Below are positions 13,440-25,136 of a DNA stretch of 64,000 nt, piece by piece. The DNA is taken from assembly GCF_006345805.1 (NCBI RefSeq), contig NC_042999.1, positions 109,554,001 to 109,618,000 of the forward strand, in the 5' to 3' direction. The notes below the pieces were generated by a model. That model searched no databases. It was not told the origin of the DNA and saw only the letters and a program-made list of their open reading frames with translations. Position 1 is the stretch's first letter. Each line of letters starts with the position of its first letter. A program made the translations under genes and the position numbers. The stretch is from Octopus sinensis (Eukaryota).

Positions 13440-13720
13440 TCTCCTTGTAATGTACTCTCATCAATTGTCTTTGGGACAAGTAAAGCAATTATAATTATTC
13501 TTTTTCAAAAGTCTTACTTTCTATTGCATTCTCTCATTGCACAACTAAGCATGGTTCTGTGTGCCTTAGCTACATGCATAAGTGCACAGTGTCTGGTAAT
13601 ACTATGTTCTGCAAGTTGTATATATGTGTAAATCCTGTGGTTTTGGCTAAATATTTGTCATCGGCTTTTTAATAACTCCCAAAGCAGCCACTTTTATTCT
13701 AGTGATTGCTTCTGTTGTAT
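13440..13720 (-). pseudogene. R4/Dong-like element 3' end fragment
   Basis: Minus strand reads VAALGVIKK..DKYLAKTTGFTHIYNLQNIVLPDTVH, like the R4-clade C-terminus (VGALG..QKIALLGTAH). Confidence 0.6.
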
Positions 13721-15099
13721 TAATATTATTATTGTCGTTTTTGTTATTTTTATCAAAAAGCACTACTGTAGGTCATTTCCTCTTATGAAGTAGCTTGCAT
13801 GTAAGCTTATTTTCTATTTACATTTGTTACAGTGGCTATACTGTCATAATACAAACAAAAACATAAGCATATTCATTGACATCTAGCTAAACAATTGAAA
13901 TTAAAGTACATAGGTTAGTATATTCTAAGAAAAATAACAACATCAGAAATTGTGATCACTGTTCACAGATTCAATGTTATAAAATATATAAAATATATAA
14001 AATAGAATAGAGTTTAACTAAACTCAATTTAAAAAGCCATGTCTGTTCTTCAAATGAAAGAATTATGTTTTTCTACTTCAAAGAAACTTAGAATTACAGA
14101 AAAGGAAGAATGCTTTTTAAAACAGCAATAATGGTTGAGTCACTGTCATTCAGAAAAATTATAGTGTACTTAAAAATGCATCAACTGTGTACCTTAAAAA
14201 TGGTAAAACCTGGATAATAGAGGAAAAAAACATTTACTTTTATCAAATGAAACCAAAATGGAAAATTGTATTCTATTGTTGCCTATATTTTAAAAAGGAT
14301 TTTTATATTACATCTATTATTCATTCAAATCTAAACCAGCTGTAACCATCAGTTTTCAATAAAAACATTAATTAAATTTTAAAAAAATCATGTAATCTTT
14401 ATGCATTATACACACATATGCCGGCATGTGCATATGCACATTCGTAAATATCAATATACCTGTATATATTTTCCATTTATGGGTGGAGTTCCTTACAATT
14501 TTTGATAAAGACAACATTAATACACTTGCAGAAATAAAAGACATAAATAAAAAATAAGTCAGAAAAAAATAAACCAAGTTTATTTATAAAGAGTATATCA
14601 ATCCATTATCAAACACTATTTACTTAGCATCAAATGGACTAAGTAGGCAAGTACAATGAAGTCTGAAAGATTGCAAAAGACTAAATCTATCTTTCTATTG
14701 CTCTCTCTCTCTCTCTTGCTCTCTCCTATGTCTCTACATATACCCTCCTCCCTTCTCTCTTTCGCATATGATATAAATGTACATACATACATTTATATAT
14801 ATATATATGCACACACACACACATACTCGTGTATATGTATGTATACAGTGTAATTGTGTACATATATGCATAGAAGCATACACACATATGAACCAAAATA
14901 TCAACTCCATATTCTCTGTTATATGTAATTTTATGCTTTGGATTTTGCAATTTTTCTATGGAAGTACAACAAATGCTTGTGTTCAAATGCATGTTCATAA
15001 TTTTTGCGTGCATCATATTATCTGTGTCAGTTATGCTGGAATGACGGGCTCTTTTTAAAATTTTATTTTACCAAAGAATTCTAGATTATCGTGACAAAA

Positions 15100-15423
15100 T
15101 ATAATAATAATAATAATGGTAATAATAATAGTAATAATAATAATATAATAATAATAATAATATAATAATAATAATGGTTTCAAATTTTGCCACAAGGGCA
15201 GCAATTTTAGTGGGAGGGGATGAGTCAATAACATCGACATGAGTATTTAACTGGTACTTAATTTATTGACCCTGAAAGGATGAAAGGTAAAGTTGACCTC
15301 AGTGGATTTTGAACTCAGAATGTACCAACAGGCGAAATATCGCTAAGCATTTCATCCAGTGCATTAACAGTTCTGTCAGCTCACCACCTGAATAATAATA
15401 ATAATAACAATAATAACAACAAC

Positions 15424-15488
<65 letters not shown>

Positions 15489-15999
15489 TTATAATAACCC
15501 TATTTTACTATATGCACAAGGCCTGATATTTTGAAGGGAAGAATAAGTCAATAGCATTAACCCCAGTGCTCAACTGGTACTTATTTTATCAATCTTGAAA
15601 GGATCAAAGGCAGAGTTGACCACAGTGGAATTTTAACTCAGAATGTAAGGATAGAGGAAATGGCAATAAGCATTTTGCCTGGTGTGCTAATGATTTAGCC
15701 ACCTTGCTGCCTTAATGATAATACACTCCTTTCTACTATTGGTACAAGACCTGAAATTTTGGGTGAGGAGTCTAGCTGATTTATATCGACCCCAGTGCTT
15801 GATAAGTACCTAATTCATTTACTCTAAAAGGATGAAAGGCAAAGCCAGTCCTAATAGGATTTGAACTCAGAATGTAAAGACAGACAAAATACTGCAAAGC
15901 AGTTTGTCCAGTGTGCTAATGATTCTGTGAACTCACTGCTTTAACATCAACAACAACAAAAATAACAACAACAACAATAAGAAGAACAATAATAAGAAC

Positions 16000-16049
<50 letters not shown>

Positions 16050-16453
16050 CAACAATAGTTTCTACTAAAGGCATAAGGCCTGAAATTTGGTGGGACAGGA
16101 CTAGCTGATTACATTTACCCCAGTGTTTCACTGGTACTTAATTTATAAACCCTGAAAAGATGAAAGGCAAAGTCGACCATGGCAGATTTTGAACTCAGAA
16201 CATAGCACCAGGTGAAATATTGCTAAGCATTTTGCCTAGAGTGCTAATAAAATAATAATAATTCTTTCTACTGGAAGCACAAGGCCTCAAATTTGGAGGA
16301 AGGGAATAAGTTGAGTACATTAACCCCAGTGTGTAACTGGTACTAGCTTAACTGACTCCGAAAGGATGAAAGGCAAAGTTGACCTTGGCAGAAATTGAAC
16401 TCAGAACATAGCATCCGACAAAATGTTGCTTAGTATTTTGCCCAGTGTGCTAA

Positions 16454-16524
<71 letters not shown>

Positions 16525-16550
16525 CAACAACAACAATAATAGCAGTAACA
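15100..16550 (-). mobile_element. Five tandem SINE family B copies, mostly separated by (AAT)n/(AAC)n tracts
   Basis: Copies at about 15175-15390, 15498-15714, 15728-15943, 16058-16250 and 16262-16455, all on the minus strand. Confidence 0.88.
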
Positions 16551-16924
16551 ACAACAAATGATAATAATGTTGATGCTAATGCTGATGATGCTGATGATGC
16601 TGATGAGGAGATGACAACCTCCATGACCACCACCACTACTATCGCCACTACCGCTGCCACCACCACCGCTACCACCACCACCACCCCACCACCATCATCA
16701 ACATCATCATCAATCTTTCTTTTTTCAGATTTGTTCCCATTTCTTACTGAGTGACTTCCCAACACCCAGGCAAAGAAACTCACTGTCTGTATTGATAGGC
16801 CATTAAAATAAACATACCAGATTGCTCATTTACAAAATCAATAAAATTTTAAAATAATTACATGAGTGAGAATCATTCTTACAGCGACAATGCTCTTTTC
16901 AATGTGTGTGTAACATAACAGTTA

Positions 16925-17390
16925 AAACAATCTTATGTACTTCTTGCCTGGATGGTAAGCCAGGAATCATTCTCAAATAATTTTCACTTCCTGTTTTGAT
17001 AATTCTAAGTGCTCCTACAATCACTAGTATTGTAAGCCACCATGCTCAGTTTCAATGAGCAAATCTTTATATTTTCTGAGTTTATTTTCTTTTGCTGAGA
17101 TATTATGATCACAAAGTATGCTCATATTGACCAATAAACAGACTTTATTATTTTAATATTTTACAACAATATCTGGTTTATTAGCTTCGGTGGTTCTATC
17201 TGTATGTACTGGAGAGTTCCAGAGAATCATTACATTTCTTCCATCGGTTACAACCTCAGGATGGTGCTTATACCACTTGTCAATTTTGATTTTATAATAC
17301 CGACATATTAACCAGTGTACAGTAGATATTGGCCAACTCTGTCATGTCTTGATTAATACTCCACTGGTGCTAAAACTTTGCATTCAGAGG
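16925..17390 (-). pseudogene. R4/Dong-like RLE retrotransposon C-terminal fragment
   Basis: Hand translation: CKVLAPVEY*SRHDRVGQYL/HWLIC..KWYKHHPEVVT..ILWNSPVHTDRTTEANKPDIVV..KLRKYKDL..IVGAL, i.e. RHD plus PD-(D/E)xK endonuclease motifs, with a stop and frameshifts. Confidence 0.8.
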
Positions 17391-18379
17391 TTGGGGGTGG
17401 GCCACTGTTTCAGTCTCACCATTGCTTAGTCAGAGTCAGGGAAGGGCGCTACTCATAACATTTTACAGTGTGCCCAAAGTGAGCATGAAGAAAAGAGAAA
17501 AAGTAGTGTCCACAATCTTTTCCAAAGCCTCCACAATTGCTAGGAGGTAAAGAGAAGAGTATCTTCAAGCCAGACACCTGACCATTCTACTTAAAATAGC
17601 TGGTGATGATTTAAAATTTGATTGTGGACAAAATTTTGCCTACAGCTCAGGTTTCCTTCTCCCTTGTTAAACATTGTACTATAACAAATGTTTATTTGTT
17701 ATGCAAGAGAGTAAAAGGATCTTTTATAATACAAAGGGCAGCTAGATATATCTAAGGAGCAATCTAGTGTGTACCACTAAACTGGGTTTGTAACTGAAGT
17801 ACTGAAATAAATCATAATGACATTTCAGGAAAATAACAAGGTAAAAGAAAAGATATGGAAGTGTCACAGTAAAAGGTCAAGTAGTATGAATGGAGTAAAG
17901 AAGAATCAACTCCCTAGGGAGCAAATGGGGATTGCAGTAGAGATTAGCTGTAAGATGATGATTAAATTAAGTACAGATATAAAGACAAGGGAGAGCTGAA
18001 GATCTTTGAAAGATATTTCTAAGATGTTGTAAGCACCAGGGTAGTTGGCTATTTCACTAGTTACATTCTTAGATAATAATATTGTACTAAACAGCATGAT
18101 TGTTGATGAGGGATAGATCAGCAATAACTTCAACATCTTTCAAGGTATAGAATAGGGAACTGAGAAAGGAAATAACTAAGTAGTCGAATTAATGAAGCTA
18201 AGTACAAATAAAATACAATGTCATAACAAGATAGGCTGGATATGATAGAGTTTGAACCACAGCTGTTATGATTCTGTGGGTAAGTGGGTGCCAGCTTATT
18301 TAATGTATGGAGTGCTTAAAAGTTAAAGTAAGACAAAAAAAAATTATTACTGTTAAGTTCTCGATACCAACATATTTTT

Positions 18380-18808
18380 TTATTCTTTTATTCTTTTACT
18401 TGTTTCAGTCATTTGACTATGGCCATGCTGGATCACTGCCTTTAGTCAAACAAATTGACTCCAGGACTTATTCTTTGTAAACCTAGTACTTAATCTATCA
18501 GCCTCTTTTGCTGAACTGCTAAGTACAGGGACATAAACACACCAACATTAGTTGTCAAGTGATGGTGGGGTGATGAGCACAGACACACAAATACATACAT
18601 ATGTATATATACAACAGGCTTCTTACAGTTTTCACCTACCAAATCCACTCACAAGGCTTTTGTTGGCCTGCGGCTATAGTAGAAGACACTTGCCCAAGGT
18701 GCCACACAGTAGGACTGAACCCAGAACCGTCTGGTCGGGAAGCAAGCTTCTTACCACACAGCCACTCCTGTGCCTGTATATCTTACCATACAGCCACTCC
18801 TGCACCTA
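18380..18808 (-). mobile_element. SINE family A with duplicated 5' end
   Basis: ttaccacacagccactcctg occurs twice (18751 and 18783). Confidence 0.88.
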
Positions 18809-18931
18809 TGTATACTTCTTTGTATTTACTTCATTTGCTAACATTTTAAAGGCAAGTTATGCAGAGGCTACATTGTCAGTAGAAACATGTTCGGAGTTGC
18901 TTCCTGACTTGACAGAATTCTATAAAAATTT

Positions 18932-19102
18932 TGGCTTCAAATTTTAGCACAAGGCCAGCAGTTTTGGAGGAGGGGCCAAGTTGATTACATCGACCCCAGT
19001 GCTCAATTGGCTCTTATTTTATTGATCCCAAAAGGATGAAAGACAAAGTTACCATGGCAGAATTTGGACTCAGAAGATAAAGATGGATGAAAGGCTGCTA
19101 AC
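18932..19102 (-). mobile_element. SINE family B (partial)
   Basis: Core motifs present. Confidence 0.8.
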
Positions 19103-19444
19103 TTAAAAAAAAAATTTGCAACTGATTAATATTTTTTCACCATGAATTTTCTCTTTTTAATACCATATGATTTAAATGAATTGATATCAAATTATACAGT
19201 TATATTTCTAGTTAGTTAAGAACAAACAATTATGTCTTGCAAGAGATTACCTTTGACAGGGTCTCCATATTCCCATACCAAATATATTCATGAGAAACAA
19301 CTACAAATGCAGAACATAAGCATGTGATGTAAGATAATAAATCCCCTGAGTCCTGTACTAATTACTGGTTGTGATTTAAGGCATATTTGGAAGTAATTAA
19401 TATTTAATCCTTTTTACTAAAAGTAAAGTTACCTTTTTGAGTCA

Positions 19445-19625
19445 TACTGGTGGTTTCCTGGTGGTTTCATGACATATACATTCCCCACCTGGATGAGATA
19501 CTGGGACTGGAGCAACGTGAAATGAAATGTTTTGCTCAAGAACAAAGCATTGCCCATTCCAGGAATCAAAGCCACAATCTTATGATCATGAGTCCAACAC
19601 CTTGAGCACTAAGCTATGCACGTCC
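19445..19625 (-). mobile_element. tRNA-derived SINE family C, degenerate
   Basis: Shares tgttttgctcaa.aa and a tRNA-like head with 60340-60557. Confidence 0.6.
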
Positions 19626-22207
19626 GCATCCTTTTACTGGCTCTCTAACTGGCCATATTTAATACTTATCATTGGGGGATATATTGGAAGTTGTATAAAG
19701 GGTCTGCAGTATTGATGTGCCCAAGAAGTAAAGAAGCAAAGAAGAGTTGCAGCTAACTTTTTAACTTGTACTCAACTAAGCACAAAATTTCTCTTTCTCT
19801 ATTTCCAGTTCAGACACTACTTAGAAGCCCCTATTACATAGTTTGAATTACTTGACATTGATCTCATTGATTTTCAGCTTGAATTTTTTTCAGCCTGATG
19901 CCTATGGTGACAGTGTGGAATGGATGAGATGTCTAGACATGGAAAAGAAGGATTGGGGTGGGTGTTCAATATGTGGTTTGAGATATGAAGTGGAGAATTA
20001 GGAGAGAGGATCAGGTAATAATGATTCATCTGTTAGTTCAGAGCAGTCAGAACCATTGTTGCTACAGGGGTGTGTCAGAAAAGGAGGAACAAAATGTCAT
20101 CGATGATTGTACAGTAGTGATTGTACAGTGTCAGTAAGTGATGGTTTACTAATAAGTTGGATAACCTCTTTTGCAGAAGTGTACTATGGAATGTTCGTAT
20201 GTAATAGTAATTGCTCCATCCCTGACATGTGGTTCACGCTGGTGCTTTGCAGATGACAGTAACTGTTCAGAGATGAAAAATTTTCTATCTCTGAAAAGGA
20301 GCCTTAGACTTTCAGAAGCTGTTTGTTGTGCTTCTGATATATGGTTATCATGAGAGGGCATTAAAAACTGTAAATTATAAATGTTGCCTTTATATTGATT
20401 TCTTCCTACAAATTAGTGGGAACAATTTTCATGAGTGTGATGTAATTAATTGCATCAACACTAGTATATTACTGGCATAGATTTTAATATTTATCAATCT
20501 CAGTGGGATAGGGATCAGTATGGACATCGGTGTGGTCTGAACTAGAATGCATAAGAACAAACTTAAAAACTATAAGATATTCCATCACTTCTGTGAACTC
20601 ATTGCACTACATTTCATAATGCTAAAGAAATAATATTTGTTTACTAAAATGACCAGCTAAATAATACCATTATCATTATTTCTATTGTTGATTTCTTATA
20701 CATTTATCCATTCAGAGATAGGTCTACATCCAATTAACCTTACCTCGCATCGACTCTATAGCTGCATCTAACATTTAAATTCACATAACATGTACTATTC
20801 AAATATATTACTTGAAATTTCATTCAGCTTCTCCATTACAAAATTTATGTCTATTATTTAGAAAATAAAAGAAATTTAGAGAATATTTATCATTGCTTTG
20901 TATTTTTTCTTATATATGTGTGCGCATGTGTTAGTTTTCTTTATTGCACCTTTAATTTTATATACAATATTCAAAAATATTTGCAAATCAAATATCTTAG
21001 CATGAAACTCTATGTTATGAACATTTTTTTGTTTATTTATATTTTTACCATCATTAAAATCCAATATGTACTTTGAAATTGTAATTTAAAATACGGCATT
21101 GAATATGCACTGAATAAATACATAAAAATTGATCTTGACAAATGTTTTCAAATAGTGAGTGGTATGAAATATAAAAAAGTAAATGAATAAAATATATAAA
21201 ATAATGCCAAATTATTTGTGTTAATAAATAAATTAATAAATTCTAGTTTCGTTATTTTTTCTGTACCTTGTAAAACAATTAATGACAGCTTTTAATACTT
21301 TATGACATGACTTTTGAAATCAGGGATTATTAGTGTCTTGATAATTCCTGTAAGTTGAGTATTTGCATAACTACATTTTCTTCCAGAATTACGTCAACAC
21401 AGAAGAAGTAGTAAGATAGAATTTAATGAAAATATCTCTTCAACCCTAACTCCATGTGTAGAAAGTTTGTCTGAAAATGTCACTTTTATCTTCTCTTGGA
21501 GTGCTGCTTGACAAGTGCTGTTAACAGAACATTCCCAAAGGTTAGTAACTCAAAATTGCTAGAAACATCTTGATATCATCTGCACGTCATCATAACAGGA
21601 AAAATTAGTCTGTTCTCTGTCAAGTAGCATATTCCTTGAAATGGATAATATGCTGATATTTGAAGATCACAGACATCAAATTTTTGGTTACAGTATCAAC
21701 TATTAAGAAATCCTAAGCTATTAAGTGAACCAAATCAGGTGTTTCAAAGAATTCATTAAATATAGGAAACTAAATCTATACCATGAAGACTGGTTTTAAG
21801 CTAGATGTACTGAAATATTATGAAAGATTACACATCAGCTCAAAAATCATAAATTATTGATACCTGAAAGTAGGTTTAATCGTTCTTAAAGGATTACTGC
21901 CACTTAATCTATAAGTGATTAATGTTCCAACCATATCTGTTTGGGTTCTTGTTCATTCACTTTTCAAACAGTCTAAACTTCCACCAGCATTGGTTTTTCT
22001 GACACTTCCTGGCTTGCATCAACCTCTAACACTGGCAGCAATAATACACTGTTTCTAGCTATTCGGTTTTGCCTGAAATTTGACTGAATGACCTAATGAC
22101 TGGATACCCTTTTATAATCAGTTGTATATTTGTTGTGGAACGAGACTTCCATATTAAGTTTACTTCATATTGACTCCAGCTTCTATCAGAAAGAAAGAGT
22201 TGTTTTG

Positions 22208-22740
22208 TACATACATACATACATACATACATACATACATACATACATACATTGTCTGGTTTTTACATTTCATGTCATCTACATCTCCTATCCTGGATAA
22301 ACACTCCCTCTGGCAGGTTCCGCAGATGTAGCGAAGACTTTGCCTGGTTGGTTGTTCTATCTGCCACTTTTTACAACAGCATTGAAGTGTCCTCTCCAGT
22401 TCCCTCTCCAGTTTTGCACTGGCCTGGGCTAGATGTAAGAAAATCCTGGGTAGCCCAATCATTAGGATTCCTCTCTCAACCTTGCTGATGTAGTCCAAAG
22501 GAGTGCAGATCGTTACGTTTGGCACCAGCTAGATTGCAGGAGCTGCCAGAAGAGTATCGAGTCGAACACTAAACTGCCTACGGGGCTCCACTCCAGATTT
22601 CTTTGAAGGTTGTCTCCTTTCCATAACCCTGGATAAGGCCCACATCAGATGCTGTCAGCCAGAGCCAACTGAGCCTGGAACTCATGTCAAGCAGGGTCAT
22701 CACTCCTTGAAGTAGTGAAGAAAATCGCTCCCCACTACCC
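22208..22740 (-). mobile_element. Internally deleted RTE/BovB-like element with (ATGT)n tail
   Basis: Minus ORF ends YICGTCQRECLSRIG (RTE C-terminal Zn-finger-like motif) next to (CATA)n; the upstream ~350 bp is GC-richer and UTR-like. Confidence 0.5.
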
Positions 22741-22908
22741 ATATATATATATATGTGTGTGTGGGGGGTGTATTTAATTTAATTTATATATATATATATC
22801 GTTAATCAAATATATTCAATGAGAATACAATATACTGAATTTCTAACAAGTGCTCTTGGTAGGGAAATGTCTAAAACATTAAAGGTATTTAGACATTTAA
22901 TAATATGA

Positions 22909-22909
22909 C

Positions 22910-22969
<60 letters not shown>

Positions 22970-22970
22970 A

Positions 22971-23021
<51 letters not shown>

Positions 23022-23046
23022 ATCTATATCTATCTATCTATCTATC

Positions 23047-23072
<26 letters not shown>
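22909..23072. repeat. (CTAT)n(TA)n microsatellite
   Basis: Seen directly. Confidence 0.95.
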
Positions 23073-23079
<7 letters not shown>

Positions 23080-23350
23080 TTAATAAGGGTGAGAGAATTA
23101 GATACTAATTTAATAGTATATCTATTCTACACCAAGTGGCCTAGTGCTCCGAGAAACCTGGATTATTATAATATTTTATAACATATTATAATATTCTTAC
23201 AAAATAAATATAAGAGAGTGGTCACTATATGGCTCACTCTAGCACCAGTTAATCCAAAAGGTTTCAACCACAAAAATACATGTTTCCCATGAAAGTCAGA
23301 ACGATTGTTAGCTCACACACACGGACAGGCAAATAAAAATAACAAAAATA

Positions 23351-23446
23351 CAGATTATTTTGGGACAATTGTTTCGCTATTAATGAATTAAATGTAATAT
23401 TACTTACAAAAAAATCCACTTGTAGCTCCTCAGCCAAAACTATCTG
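23351..23446 (-). ncRNA. Type I hammerhead ribozyme, copy 1
   Basis: Reverse complement: cagatagttttgg CTGAGGA gcta..tagc GAAA caattg TC ccaaaataatctg; predicted cut between 23364 and 23363. Confidence 0.88.
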
Positions 23447-23884
23447 GATGAAATCCACTCAATCACACGCCAGATTTTACCATAACGATAAATACGCGTG
23501 TGGTTCAATTGATTACATCCGACGTTATAATTCAAATGCCCCAACTAACAGCGCGCCAAATTTTCACGGAAAACAAATACAGCATTTAGAAATAAATGCA
23601 GCATAATTATAATTAATTAATAAGGGTGAGAGAATTAGATACTAATTTAATAGTATATCTATTCTACACCAAGTGGCCTAGTGCTCCGAGAAACCTGGAT
23701 TATTATAATATTTTATAACATATTATAATATTCTTACAAAATAAATATAAGAGAGTGGTCACTATATGGCTCACTCTAGCACCAGTTAATCCAAAAGGTT
23801 TCAACCACAAAAATACATGTTTCCCATGAAAGTCAGAACGATTGTTAGCTCACACGGATAGGGCAAATAAAAATAACAAAAATA

Positions 23885-23980
23885 CAGATTATTTTGGGAC
23901 AATTGTTTCGCTATTAATGAATTAAATGTAATATTACTTACAAAAAAATCCACTTGTAGCTCCTCAGCCAAAACTATCTG
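23885..23980 (-). ncRNA. Type I hammerhead ribozyme, copy 2
   Basis: Same as copy 1; predicted cut between 23898 and 23897. Confidence 0.88.
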
Positions 23981-24867
23981 GATGAAATCCACTCAATCAC
24001 ACGCCAGATTTTACCATAACGATAAATACGCGTGTGGTTCAATTGATTACATCCGACGTTATAATTCAAATGCCCCAACTAACAGCGCGCCAAATTTTCA
24101 CGGAAAACAAATACAGCATTTAGAAATAAATGCAGCATAATTATAATTAATTAATAAGGGTGAGAGAATTAGATACTAATTTAATAGTATATCTATTCTA
24201 CACCAAGTGGCCTAGTGCTCCGAGAAACCTGGATTATTATAATATTTTATAACATATTATAATATTCTTACAAAATAAATATAAGAGAGTGGTCACTATA
24301 TGGCTCACTCTAGCACCAGTTAATCCAAAAGGTTTCAACCACAAAAATAGGTAGCTACAAGTGGATTTTTTTGTAAGTAATATTACATTTAATTCATTAA
24401 TAGCGAAACAATTGTCCCAAAATAATCTGTATTTTTGTTATTTCTATTTGCCCTGTCCGTGTGAGCTAACAATCGTTCTGACTTTCATGGGAAACATGTA
24501 TTTTTGTGGTTGAAACCTTTTGGATTAACTGGTGCTAGAGTGAGCCATATAGTGACCACTCTCTTATATTTATTTTGTAAGAATATTATAATATGTTATA
24601 AAATATTATAATAATCCAGGTTTCTCGGAGCACTAGGCCACTTGGTGTAGAATAGATATACTATTAAATTAGTATCTAATTCTCTCACCCTTATTAATTA
24701 ATTATAATTATGCTGCATTTATTTCTAAATGCTGTATTTGTTTTCCGTGAAAATTTGGCGCGCTGTTAGTTGGGGCATTTGAATTATAACGTCGGATGTA
24801 ATCAATTGAACCACACGCGTATTTATCGTTATGGTAAAATCTGGCGTGTGATTGAGTGGATTTCATC

Positions 24868-24963
24868 CAGATAGTTTTGGCTGAGGAGCTACAAGTGGAT
24901 TGTTTTGTAAGTAATATTACATTTAATTCATTAATAGCGAAACAATTGTCCCAAAATAATCTG
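24868..24963 (+). ncRNA. Type I hammerhead ribozyme, inverted copy
   Basis: Stem I 24868-24880/24951-24963, CTGAGGA 24881-24887, stem II gcta/tagc, GAAA 24939-24942, palindrome ACAATTGT, GTC cut after 24950. Confidence 0.9.
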
Positions 24964-25103
24964 TATTTTTGTTATTTTTATTTGCCCTATCCGTGTGAGC
25001 TAACAATCGTTCTGACTTTCATGGGAAACATGTATTTTTGTGGTTGAAACCTTTTGGATTAACTGGTGCTAGAGTGAGCCATATAGTGACCACTCTCTTA
25101 TAT

Positions 25104-25135
<32 letters not shown>

Positions 25136-25136
<1 letters not shown>

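Larger units (their letters stand above)
23071..25109. mobile_element. Hammerhead-bearing 534-bp tandem and inverted repeat element (Penelope-like pLTR / retrozyme)
   Basis: Direct units start at 23071, 23608 and 24142 (truncated at 24349); inverted units span 24353-24706 and 24707-25109; (TA)n on both flanks. Confidence 0.85.

Noticed and set aside
23071-24349. Repeat array considered as CRISPR
   Set aside because: Units are ~534 bp with no unique spacers; eukaryotic context.
24856-25047. 63-aa ORF repeated in each 534-bp unit
   Set aside because: GTG start, overlaps the ribozyme, altered by an indel in copy 1, no recognisable motif; likely incidental.
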